64,000 bases of DNA. Source: Octopus vulgaris. Its lineage: Eukaryota. Shown here one piece after another: positions 27,493-40,395 of the stretch (within the stretch, counting starts at the first letter, position 1; the number at the start of each line of letters is the position of its first letter). The stretch is from the NCBI GenBank assembly GCA_951406725.2, contig OX597840.1, positions 14,570,001 to 14,634,000 on the forward strand, in the 5' to 3' direction. The notes under the pieces were generated by a model. The model worked only from the letters and a program-made list of their open reading frames with translations. It was not told where the DNA came from and did no database searches. The translations under genes and the position numbers were made by a program.

Positions 27493-28704
27493 ATGAAGTT
27501 CATAAGATAATCGTTTATTCATTTGCCATATCATTTTCCATATATCTATATGATACCTTATTACAAACATTCAGAATCTGCATAAAAGCTTCAGTTAACT
27601 GCTGTCATACAAAGAAGTTTAATTAACTTAATTAATTCCACACACCTCTATGTAGGTGTAGTTAATGTATATATTTGTGCATGTACATGCACATGTGTGT
27701 GTGTCTGTGTGTGTATACATACACACATGTATACATATACACACATTATCTCTAAGTAACTAATTATGCCGGGAACTTAGTCAGTCCATCAGATGAGCAA
27801 GCCATTAGACAAGTCTTCAGGTACCAGTCAAATATTATTCTACCATAAATATGACTCTACCATTACCATTGAGTACTGTTGCCCAACCCAACTTCATTAG
27901 TAAATGTTCTGTTGTTATCCATAAAGTTCATGAAAAAAATAACAGCCCCAAACCAGCAACCACACACATACATACACACACTCCCACGCACTAAAGTGTG
28001 TGGGAGTGTCTGCCTTCATTTTACTGAGCTTACAACCATGTTTTCATGCTTCCTTGGTTGTAATAATTTATTTATTACAACAATTATTTTTACACTTGAC
28101 TGAATTTTCTTTTGCTGACCATAGAAGCATGAATCAAGGTGTGGTGGCTATTTTTGTCCTGAAGTCAGGTAAACTGAAGCAGACATATGATTATGTTTCT
28201 TCTAGGACCAAATACTTTGTTTGTTTTAGCAAGGCTTGGACCCTTTAGACATCACACATGTAGAATTATTTATATGACATAGTCAATGGGTAGGTGGAAA
28301 GACTCGTGTTGTGACCATTTCTCCGGAAGAATGTAAGAAGAGAAGAAGATATTTTCAGTTTAGAGATCAAACCTGACAGACACAATGGTCTCTGCTAAAG
28401 GCATCAAAGTTGCAGATCCATTGGCTGACAAAGCTCACCAACTATAGCTCAGTACAGTTTCATGTGAAATACACAAAGTGTAAACATTCACACACACACA
28501 CACATTAGGTCTCTTACGATTCCATTCTACCAAATCTCATTAGTTGGGCCAAAGTTATTAGAGAAGGACAATTTCACAAGATGGAATGGAGAACGTGAAG
28601 TAGATGTCTTAACCACAAACCCATACCTGCACCTGTATGTGTATATATATGTGTGTGAGTTTGTGTATATATTCGTGTGTGCATGCATGCGTGTGTGTGT
28701 GTTA

Positions 28705-28945
28705 TTATTTTACTTGTTTCAGTTATTTAACTGCGGCCATGCTGGAGCACTACCTTTAGTCAAGGAAATTGACCCCTGGACTTATTCTTTGTAAGCCTAG
28801 TACTTATTCTATTGGTCTCTTTTGCCAAACCATTAAGTTACGGGGATGTAAACGCACCAGCATTGGTTGTCAAGCAAGGGGGGAGACAAACACAGACATA
28901 CAAACATATATATATGCACATACATACATACATATACATTCATAC

Positions 28946-28981
<36 letters not shown>

Positions 28982-29120
28982 GACAGTTTCTGTCTACCAA
29001 ATCTACTCACAAGGCTTTGGTCGGCCCAAGGCTATAGAAGAAGAAACTCACCCAAGTTGCTATGCAGTGGGACTGAATCCAGAACCATGTGGTTGGTAAG
29101 CAAGCTACTTACCACACAGC
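28705..29120 (-). mobile_element. tRNA-derived SINE family A
   Basis: Reverse complement of the family A consensus. Confidence 0.9.
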
Positions 29121-29344
29121 AACAATAGTCTGTGTACCATTTTTTCACAAAATATTATTGACAGTAACTTTGAAGTTTTGATCAGCTAAGCCATTGTTAG
29201 ATTGTCCAATGACAGCTTAGTTGGTCAAAACCTCACCTCCAACATCACTATAATTTATATTTACTTTCCATGCTGGCTGCATGAATGGACAAGTTTTGTC
29301 ACAATCCAAGTCAGTTCTTAAATAACTAATGAGAACATAACCAA

Positions 29345-29775
29345 CACCAATCATACAATGGTAGAATTTGTAAAACTTGTTCATTAGATAGGATTTTTTG
29401 ACAAAGGTGATAGTGTTTAATGCTAGATTAGAAACCAATAGTTTCAGTAAACCAAAATTATATATTGGGGCAACTGAATTGTCATTCAAAACTCAATATT
29501 ATAAGCATAAACATCCATTTGACATCCCTGATAAAATGGTGCTACAGCTTTGTCAAAATTTATATGGTTCTTATATGAAACAAATTCAAAATTATTTGAT
29601 TTGTTATGTAGAAAGTACAATCCTATGGGAATGATAATTTCAAATTTAAAATACAGACAAACACTTGTTCAAGGGAAAAATAAAAATTTAGTTCCAAGAC
29701 AGAAATGGTTTGAATAAAAGAATAGAATTATTAACACCTTGCCTTCATGAAACTAGATGTCTTTTGTATAGGTAC
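29345..29775 (+). pseudogene. Penelope-like element (Neptune-type) GIY-YIG endonuclease remnant
   Basis: Frameshifted translation: ICKTCSLD..LTKVIVFNARL...KLYIGATELSFKTQYYKHKHPF...ATALSKFIW...LNKRIELLTPCLH. Matches the Neptune EN pattern CPLxGxCLxxxIVYxA..YIG.T...FKxRY..H..SF..T.LSKYIW..LLNKRSEL.S.C.H. Confidence 0.8.
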
Positions 29776-30359
29776 TTGCCTCTTTGATTGTTGATCTGGT
29801 TTAGGGAAAAGGCATTTCTTTTAAAGCTGCAATTATCTATAAACACTTGTTTAAGCACCAGAATTTCCTTTTTTTAAGAATAGTTTTAGAGTGATCTCCT
29901 TTGTATGGGGTTAGACTCTGCATGAAACAAATAGAAATGTAAAGACTTAGATAATGCTCACATTCCCACAAAACACAGATGGATATGGAATACAGGATTG
30001 TGAAACAGCCATTTTAATAAAACCTAAATCACATGATTTACCTTAACGAATACTTTCTAAAAAAGTATGCTAGTTCCCTGCCAGGGGAATATGACACTGG
30101 TATTATTTGTTGTCCTACCATGAGTTGACCTTTTTCCTATTCCTTTCTGTGCTATTCCAGGATTGACTCCTATCGCCTCTAAACACCCCATTCACATGAC
30201 TTTTTATAAAAGTATTGAGATATGCGTTTCTGCATATGTTTATATATGTATGTGCATGTGCCTTTGTTGGTTGATGGATGTAAGCAATGGTCTTCAAAGC
30301 AGATGATGTCATTTTCTTTGGTTTATCGTCAAAGCATACCTGGTCGTCTTCATATGTCA

Positions 30360-30895
30360 CAGCATGTTCCTTGTATACAAAAGATAAATTCAACTGGTCT
30401 CATTTGTCTCCAGTAGTCTGTGTTGCCATGTCCAGGCTTTTTATTTTTCACATCAACACACCGCTTAATTCCAGATCTGAAATTTTTAGCAGGTGTAAAC
30501 ACATGAACAGATTTCTTTTATCGATTTGGAGGGTACCAACTGCTCTGGATTGAGTTGTTGTCTCACAGACTTTGACATTTATTTTGACAGTTATTTTGTT
30601 CTATACCATTTCAATTCAATGAGTTTTCTGCAATCATGGAGCGGGGAGGAGGATCTTAGTTTTCTTCATTTCATTTCCTTTTTTTGTTGTCCCATTTTTT
30701 GCACCAACTTTCTTCATGTTTTTCCCACATCTTTTCTTATTTTCTTTCTGCCCAACTTCCTTGTTTTTAAAATACATAAACAAAGCCTGAAAGATTGCTT
30801 TAAGCTACATGGCATATTTTATAAATATATCTGCCCAAGTATCATAAAAGCATGAAACTATTAGTAGCTCTATTTGTTGTGTATTTAAATTTATA
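30360..30895. repeat. Unclassified interspersed repeat; second copy at about 37055-37400 in opposite orientation
   Basis: Shared blocks gaggaggatcttag, tttttgcaccaac, cataaaca.agcc..aaagattgctt, aagtatc.taaaagcat.aaactattagta. Confidence 0.7.
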
Positions 30896-30988
30896 TATAT
30901 GTTTGTGTGTGTTCAACCGTTAATCTCTACATATTTTTTTCTCTCTCCATTTTTATTCATTCTCTCGCCACTTTTTTTTCTTCTTAAT

Positions 30989-31026
30989 CCTTTCTATTGA
31001 AGAGCAGAAGCTCAAAACATAAAAGA
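30989..31026 (+). ncRNA. Decayed minimal hammerhead-like motif
   Basis: cttt CTATTGA a-gagc-agaa-gctc AAAACAT a aaag; same architecture as 45464-45498 with transitions. Confidence 0.45.
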
Positions 31027-31124
31027 CTTTTCTATTCTTCCCTGCTCATTGTTCCTATACCTGTCTTTGTCTTTTATTTTTTGTAAATTTGAACTATGTA
31101 TATGTATATATATATATATATACT

Positions 31125-31462
31125 CTTTTACTCGTTTCAGTCATTTGACTGTGGCCATGCTGGATCACCGCCTTTTAGTCAAGAAAAATCGATTCTTTGT
31201 AATCCTAGTACCTATTCTATTGGCTGCTTTTGCCGAACCGCTAAGTTACAGGGACGTAAACACACCAGCATCGGTTGTCAAGCGATGTTGGTGGGGGTCA
31301 AACATAGACAGACAAACATATACACAGGCATACATATATACATACATATATACAACAGGCTTCTTTCAATATCCGTCTACCAAATCCACTCACAAGGCTT
31401 TGGTCAGCTCAAGGCTATAGTAGAAGACACTTGCCCAAGGTGCCACGCAGTGGGACTGAACC
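31125..31462 (-). mobile_element. tRNA-derived SINE family A
   Basis: Reverse complement of the family A consensus. Confidence 0.85.
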
Positions 31463-32383
31463 TATGTATATATTATATGTGTGTGCGTGTACATATGTTT
31501 TTGTGCATGTTCCATAGAGGATGACTCCATACTATCAGTTTACCAAATTTCCTTTACAAAGAATGATTCCATACCAAGTTATGGTAGAGTACAGACCTAC
31601 CCATCGTATTCCCACAGAGATATCACACACAGACAATCAGGGTGCTGTACAGGGATATCTCACACAGAAGATCATGGTATTGTACAGAGATATCAGGTTC
31701 CGGATCAAGAGGCTGCAGACATCTTAAACATGCAGTCATGTGATGTTGTTGTTGTTGTTGTTCACTGTTTGATTTAGCTTTAAACATGTTATAAATATCA
31801 TTGCAACTTGACAGCAATGAGATCCCATCGCATTCCACAGTTTTATTAAGTTGCCAATTGAATTCTGACCAACCAATCAGACACCACTGGTCTCTCTATT
31901 GTCTGCCATTCCTAACCACTAACCGTTTCCTTTGGCTGATTTTCCTACAAGTTTGAAACCATCTTCTATGCAACTTCCCCAGCACTTCACCAAACCAGCA
32001 CGTTAAATTACTTTAGTGATTCCACAATCACTGAACTTTGCTCAAATTCAGTAAATAAAGTCCATTTTGCAACTGGTTACTGCACAAGTGGTTTTCTTTA
32101 TTTGTGTCTTGTGTCAATGGACCAAACATTATGGGATGTACACAGCAGAAAGAGGCAATGGCTATAGCTTAATCAGCTTATTGCATTATACACACACTCG
32201 TGTTTGTGTATGTGTGATGAATATGTGATTTTTCCCTACGTTTATGAATGCATGTTTGAGACTATGTATGTATGTATGTATATATGTATACATACACACA
32301 CATGGATAAGTATGTTTTCATACCTTTATGAATGTATGTGTGGTTGTGCGTATATGTATAAGAATGAATAACTTTATGTATAG

Positions 32384-32417
<34 letters not shown>

Positions 32418-32899
32418 GTCTGTCTATCTATCTCTCAGCCTATCTGTCTCTCTATCACTGTATACACACATACACACACACATATATATATTTACATATA
32501 TATACATATACGTATATACATACATGTTCATGTCTACTTGCATGTATATACAAACACACACACATTCTAATGCTTATTCTTTCATACACTTTCATGTACA
32601 AATACAAATTGTCACGTACACACACATACACACACATACACACACAACTAGTATACAAACATAATTTACTTAGAAATGTGTGAATCCATTTAATCAACCT
32701 CTTTTGTGTAATTGGCAATATAGACATAAGAGTATGTGAATGTATACATGCCCATGTAGTTATATGTATATAGGTTATTGCACACACTACATACACACAC
32801 ATGTAAACAAATCCATACACACACACACACACATATATGCATTCACATACATACAAAAACATGCATATGTTCAGATGTATATATAAACAAATATACATG

Positions 32900-33129
32900 T
32901 ATGCTTATATATTATATATATGTATATATATGTATGTATGTATGTATGTATTTATTTATATATTTATATATATATATATATGTGTGTGTGTATGTATGTA
33001 TATATGTATCTATATATATGTGTGTGTATGTATATATATATAATATATATATGCATGTATATGTATGACATATACACACACATATACATGTATACATATA
33101 TATATTTATGTATGTATATACAGATATGC

Positions 33130-33167
<38 letters not shown>

Positions 33168-33515
33168 GTATATATATATGTATGTATGTGTATATATATG
33201 TATATATATATGTATGTATGTGTATATATATGTATATATATATGTATGTATGTGTATATATATGTATATATATATGTATGTATGTGTATATATATGTATA
33301 TATAAATGTATGTATGTGTATATATATGTATATATATATGTATGTATGTGTATATATATGTATATATAAATGTATGTATGTGTATATATATGTATATATA
33401 AATGTATGTATGTGTATAGATATATATATGCACACATATGTATGTATGTGTGTGCATATATACACACATATATATATATATATACATACACACACATATA
33501 TATATATACACACAC

Positions 33516-33598
<83 letters not shown>

Positions 33599-34006
33599 GT
33601 TTATTGGAGCTGAAATGCATCTTACACCCTGAGTTTCACAGCATCGAAATTGTAGATACATAAGTACATATAAACACACATAAATACATATTTACATATA
33701 CGCATGTGTATGTATGCACGTATGTAAGTGTATATATCTAAATGTTGTATGCAGGTTGTGTGTTTAGTTATTTGGCCTAAAGCATTTGAAGAACTGGTCT
33801 AATGCTGTTGATGAAAATATCAACATAAACAGAGAAAAGTTAACAGGAAACACAGGGAGAATGTTTGTCACCTTCACAATACCTGCATAATTGCATTGCA
33901 ACTTTGTTTTGCATTTAAATAATGTGTGTGTGTGTGCAACAGTAAAAGTATAACATCTACTTTGTCAATAAACAAGTAAATATATGTATGTGTGTGTATA
34001 TATATA

Positions 34007-34048
<42 letters not shown>

Positions 34049-34149
34049 TATATGTGTGTTTATATATATATATATATATACATATATATGCGTATATGTG
34101 TGTTCATATATATATATATATATACATATATATGCGTATATGTGTGTTC

Positions 34150-34182
<33 letters not shown>

Positions 34183-34201
34183 TATGCGTATATGTGTGTT
34201 C

Positions 34202-34234
<33 letters not shown>

Positions 34235-34296
34235 TATGCGTATATGTGTGTTCATATATATATATATATATACATATATATGCGTATAATTGTGTG

Positions 34297-34346
<50 letters not shown>

Positions 34347-34430
34347 TATAATTGTGTGTTCATATATATATATATATATGTGTGTGTATATGTGTGTTCA
34401 TATATATATATATGTGTGTGTATATGTGTG

Positions 34431-34466
<36 letters not shown>

Positions 34467-34600
34467 CGTATATATAAAATGTGTGTGTATATATATATTA
34501 TATACACACACACACTTATGTATATAAATCTATCTATCTGTATATATGTGTTTATATATGTTTGTATCTGTGTCTGTGTATACACACACATATATATTTA
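32900..34600. repeat. Large (TA)/(TG)/(TATG) microsatellite fields with higher-order units
   Basis: About 30-bp units at 33170-33415 and (TA)n-gcgtatatgtgtgttca units at 34040-34440. Confidence 0.9.
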
Positions 34601-34832
34601 AGTGTATATACACACATTATATCAAGAAAGATATTGCTAACAAACAACTTTAAAAAATATATCGTTACACCTTGTATAAACATCAATTACAGTATGTATA
34701 TATGTCACTGTGTGTATATATATATATATATGTAGTTATGCTTTTGATTGTTTACTTATATATATGTGTGAGTACATATACATGCCTATGTACATGCACA
34801 TACATATATACATACATACATACACACACACA

Positions 34833-34887
<55 letters not shown>

Positions 34888-35434
34888 ATACACACATACA
34901 TATTATTTACTGATTAATTTGTATATCTTGTTACGTCCATTGTTACCTACTCTAACCCCCCCTACATGCATCCCCACCCACATGTTCCCTGATATTCATG
35001 AATTCCACATGCAGTCCCATGATGTTGTTTGCACAGACTTTGTCAATAATGTGGTGCCTCCAATAAGCCTCCATGGTACTCCACAGTTACTGTTGGGTAA
35101 TATTTAACCATCCTAATTAACATCACTGTTAGTGGTGGCACCACCATCTCTGCCACCACTACCAGTGCTGCTGCTACTACCACCACCACCACCACCACCA
35201 CCACCATTGTAATCATTTTCCTCATCTTTATTATCATAACTGTCATTATTATTATTGTCATTCTGACTCACTCTCATCAGCCTCAACAGAATGATCAGCA
35301 CCGCTCTTAGCTCCGTTATCATCGTCATCATTTTCATCGTCATCATGATCATCATCACCGTCATCTGCACAATCTTTCATCACCAACATCATTATCATCA
35401 TCATCATGATCGTCATCATCATCATCATCATCAA

Positions 35435-35466
<32 letters not shown>

Positions 35467-35962
35467 GTATGATCGTCATCATCATCATGATCATCGCAAT
35501 CACCATCATCATGATCATGATGATCATTATTATCATCACAATCATCATCATCTTCATCATTCTCATCATCCTCATCATCACAATCATCATCATCATCAAT
35601 CTAGTTCACCATTATGGCCTCATCTACCACCATGACAATCAGTCACGTTACCTTTACTATTAATCTTCACCCACATCAGTCAAGGCACAGGTCCTGGTCG
35701 TCACAGTTTCAGTTCCTGAGCAGGGGGATGAGTTGTTCCACTCTTTACCAACTGCCTTGCCAGGCAAAATGCTCAGCGGCATTTTGCCTGTTATTATGTT
35801 CTAAGTTCAAATTCCACCGAGGTCAATTTTGCTTTTCATCCTTTTGGAATTGATAAATTAAGTACCAGTTGAACACAGGGGTCAATGTAATCCACACATC
35901 CCCTCCCCCAAAATGGCTGCCCAAGTGGCAAAATTTGAAACCATTATTATTATTGTTAATTG

Positions 35963-36002
<40 letters not shown>

Positions 36003-36177
36003 GATTATGATTATTATTATCATTATTATTATTATTATGTTTTTTCCGTCTTTCTTCAAATTTTCTTCTGTTTCTCGCCGAGTGTTTTCCATACACCTAG
36101 GGCAGAGAAGCTCATTGTATGCATTCCCAGATTACACACGCAAATTCACAGATAAAATATGTATTTAGAAATTATTA

Positions 36178-36209
<32 letters not shown>

Positions 36210-36212
<3 letters not shown>

Positions 36213-37045
36213 AATGTCACACAGTATCCAATATCATGATGTTGTTGATTGAAGACATTGTGTCTACTGGGGGTTTGTAGTGTCAAGTGACAAGGACCTC
36301 AGACAGTACTTTATACAGTATGTGTGTTATTCCAAGTAAAGCTGATTATTGTAGTACACCTAGATTGTAGGGTATGTCAAATGTTTCCAGATGTTTCTTC
36401 ATATTGGGTGGTATAGAGCCCATTGCTCTGATAACAACAGGGATAACCTTTATGTTTGACTCTCGTAGCTGCCACATCTTGGCAATCTCAATTCTCAGGT
36501 CTTTATGTTTATTAATCTTCTCTCTTTCATTCATATGTTGCTCTCCTAGCATTGCCACGTCAGTTATTAGGCATCCTTGTTTGTCCCTTGTTTGCGGTAG
36601 CACGTCCACCTCCCAGTCGTTTCGGCCCGCACGGTTCCTCCGAGGGTGCCCTTCGCCGAGTGTCCGAGGCGGCTGGTATGTTCACTGTGAAAAAATTAGA
36701 ATGCTCAGAATGAGCCCCACTCTAACCTTCAATGCTCTAACACCTTGTCTTTCTGGAAGTCAAAGTCCCAGAGGATTTTTACCTTCCCATTTTCATCCAT
36801 TAACATTTTCCAGTGTATGTTGGTACCAAGCACCTGTTACCTCATATCCATACTTCCGGCATAGTAGCCATTGAAGCTTTTGGGATACTTAGTCATGTCT
36901 GTGCTTGTACTCTTTCTGCGCAAGACTTTCACAAACTCTAGCAATGTCAGTCATGCTTTCAACCCTTTTCCCACACATTCTGCAGAGGCTCATTGCACTT
37001 GTGTGGTGTATATCCCTTTGCACTGATTGCTCAATCCAGTGACAG
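36210..37045 (-). pseudogene. R4/Dong-clade non-LTR retrotransposon 3' end (CCHC knuckle plus restriction-like endonuclease)
   Basis: LCRMCGKRVESMTDIARVCESLAQKEYKHRHD*V...KILWDFDFQKDKVLEH...CLITDVA...EKINKHKDLRIEIAKMW...VIPVVIRAMG...LQ*SALLGITHIL; 3' end abuts (TAA)n, as is typical of Dong. Confidence 0.9.
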
Positions 37046-37440
37046 GTAAATATTAATTTAATACACAACCGAAACAGTTACTAATAGTTTAATGCTTTTA
37101 GGATACTTAAAAGAGACATATTTATAAAGTACACCATGTATCTCCAAGCAATCTTTTGGCCTCTGTTTATGCATTAGACGCTGGACAGCGAGAAAATTAG
37201 AAAGATTGTGGAAATAAACATAAAGAAGGTTGGTGCAAAAAATCGAACGAGATAAAAGAAACGAAAGCAAGAAACCTAAGATCCTCCTCTTCGTCCGCCC
37301 TAATTTCAGAAACTTCATTAAATAAACTGGTTTAGAACAGAATAACAGAAAGTCAGAGACAGCAGTTCAGTTCAGAGCAGGTGATGTCTACCAATTCAAG
37401 ATTTACTTTTATTTCCTGTAACATACGTGTGTGAGTATGC

Positions 37441-37476
<36 letters not shown>

Positions 37477-37548
37477 ATAGAAATGGTAAAGCAACAAAAG
37501 AATGAAGGAGCCCTTGATATTATGTAAATAGAAGAATTTATCTGTGAA

Positions 37549-37822
37549 ATATGTGACAATTATTCGGTAGCCATGATAAAACTCCGAGACTTGGATGTCA
37601 GGATGGAAATCCACACCGCCACCTTTTCAGTTATCCGGCCATCAGAAAAAATGCTATGAAAAATCTACTGGCAACTGTTTTTTACTATCTTCAATGAATG
37701 TTTACACAGTTTTCTAAGCATTTTTTCCAATGGCCAGATGACTTAAGCGATGGCAGCGTGGATTTCCATGCCGACATCCGAAACTCAGAGTTTTATCACG
37801 GCTACCAAATAATTGTCACATA
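37549..37822. repeat. Inverted repeat, about 113-bp arms
   Basis: tgtgacaatta...aaaaaatgct vs agcatttttt...taattgtcaca; (TA)n on both sides. Confidence 0.85.
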
Positions 37823-37909
37823 TTACAATTACAGATATATATATATATATATCGTTTTTGGATTTGGTTTGCAAGATTCTTTATATGAGTTCATGTGTTG
37901 AAGCATATT

Positions 37910-38194
37910 CTATTGTGTCTGGGGAGAGACATTTTCTTTTTGTGCCTTATTATTTAACACAATCACCGGTAAAATTTTCACGTTTTTCCTATTTTTTATT
38001 GTCCTAAAATATTTGTTGTGTCTTGCAACCTTTTCAATAGTCTTGACTATTGAAAAGGTTGCAATAGTCAAGACTATTGAAAAGGTTGCAAGATGCAACA
38101 AAAATTTTAGGACAATAAAAAATAGGAAAAACGTGAAAATTTTATTGGTGAGTGTGTTAAATTATGAGGCACAAAAAGAAAATGACTTTCCCCA
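37910..38194. repeat. Near-perfect inverted repeat with nested central hairpin
   Basis: ctattgtgtctgggga... vs ...tccccagacacaatag; lies between (TA)n tracts. Confidence 0.9.
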
Positions 38195-38203
38195 GACACA
38201 ATA

Positions 38204-38250
<47 letters not shown>

Positions 38251-38789
38251 AATATAGTCCACAGATAAGGTCCAGAGATTCTCTGTATCAAATGATTCAA
38301 GCTTAGATTCCAATGTTCTTGGAGGGGATCAATTCCACAGGGTAAAGAATGGCTATAAGAGGAATCAAGTTGAGCAATTATGTGGATAAAAAAATTTGTT
38401 ATATTAAATATAACAGTTTGGGTATAATCCAACTTGTTACATTTAATATATCTAATTTGTGTACCCACATTATTGCCTTTCTCTCTCTATATATATTTGT
38501 GTGTGTGTATTGTTTATAAAAATGTTGTCATTCCTAAAGCTATTATTTAGTATTATAACAGATGTCAATTGTCAGGGACTGTTTAGCTTAATAGTACAGA
38601 GTGCTCAACTGGTACCTGAGAGATACAGTGTACAATTCTCTAGCTACCTACTGGCAACTTTTTTTCCTATCTTCAATGGGTGTTTACCCAGTTTTGTAAA
38701 CTGTTTTCTCAGCCATCCTGCGTTTGAAATTTACTTTATTTTCTGTAACGTCTGTATGTGTGTGTGTCTGTGTGTGTGTGACCCCTTCG

Positions 38790-39100
38790 ATAATGAATGA
38801 CCATAAGATTGCACCTAAAATGTTCTCCAAGTCACAAGTCCGGGCAAGTTTGTTTATGGAAGACCAGCAGTTGGCTATGCATACCAGCCTCCCCACTCTA
38901 TGCCACCAGTGTTGTCCAAGGAAAGGGCAAAGGGGCTGATAAAGCTTGGCACCACTCATGTCGTAACTCCTTTTCACAGCTGAGTGAACTGGAGCAACAT
39001 GAAATAAAGTGTCTTGCTCAAGCACTCAACACACAGCCCAGTCCGTGAATTGAACTCACTACCTAATGATTGTGAGTCCAATGCTCTAACCACTGAGCTG
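38790..39100 (-). mobile_element. tRNA-derived SINE family E (second copy 50768-51075, +)
   Basis: gtggttagagca...gagttcaattc head; ttgagcaagacactttatttcatgttgctccagttcactca body shared by both copies. Confidence 0.75.
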
Positions 39101-40395
39101 TCCACCTTCACTTTCATTACCATCACCAACATGGTTTTGAAGTCCACCTCTCCATGCTCTTGTGGTTCAGAAGGAAATTGGTGGAGCAGACTTTCCACTG
39201 TCAGATGCTCTCCCTCCCACCATTCCTCACCTGTATCCAAGCAAAGTAAGATTTCACCATTTGCAAGGAAGATTGTAAAAGTCATTTAGCCACCACATGT
39301 TATGCTGCAGTGGGGTATATTCCAGGAGTGGACACACAAGTGGAACTCCTCTTTGCATAAGATTAATACAAGAATAATATAACACAAGATTATGAGTTAC
39401 TTGGTGACCCTGCAGGTGCTGGTGCCATGTAAAAAGCAACCAGTCCACACAGTAGAGTGGTTAGCATTTGGAAGGGCATCCAACTGTAAAAATCATGCCA
39501 AAAGTAACCTCACCTGTGCTAGTGCCACATAAAAATGCATTGAGTCCACTCTGCAGACTTGTTGGTGTTAGGAAGGGCATCCAGCCATAAAAACCCTGCC
39601 AAAACAGACACAGTAGTTTGGGGTAGTTTTTCTACCTGGCTGACTCCTGTCAACTGTCCTACCCATGCATGCATGGAAGATGGACGTTAAAAAGATGATG
39701 AGGCAGAAGAGGATGGAGAATAAGAGGCTTTAATGGTAGATCACAACATTTGTTCCTGCACTGCACATCAGCTTTCACTTGCTAAATTTATATTCAAATA
39801 CCATTATAGAAAATCATTCTTTATAATTATTATACAGTTTGAATATTTTTCAGCAACAGCCATGCGTAGGTGATTCATCGGGTGGAATATGACTAATTGC
39901 TGTTTGATCATTCCAAAAGGAATTAATTGTAATATATGAATGTAAACTCAGTAACTCAAAACTGCAATACAGTGCAGAAACAAATGTTGTGATCTACAAT
40001 TAAAGACTGATATTCCTATGTATACATATATTCATACACACACACAGACTCACACACATACACATACACACACACTCACACACATACACACACTCACACA
40101 AGACTATATTTATGTATATATATATAGATATACACACGTATATATATGGTGTGATTATGTTTCTGTAACTTACTGTATAAAGAGACCAATAGAATAAGTA
40201 CTAGGCTTACAAAGAATAAGGCCTGGGATCAATTTATTCGACTAAAGGCAGTGCTCCAGCATGACCACATCCAAATGACTGAAACAAAAGAATAAAAGAA
40301 TAAACTTAGCAACTGAAAACAGTACAGTGCAGAAACAAATGTTGCAATCTACTATATACATACATGTTGCAACCTACTACATACATACATACATA

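Noticed and set aside
32778-35663. Many long ORFs (YIYI, HTHT, poly-H/M/I)
   Set aside because: Translations of microsatellites, open in several frames; no evidence of coding.
37570-37800. Hammerhead in the 37549-37822 palindrome
   Set aside because: ggatg/catcc-GAAAC-tc.gagtt is suggestive, but the core reads CYGAUGG with extra bases and no stem I forms.
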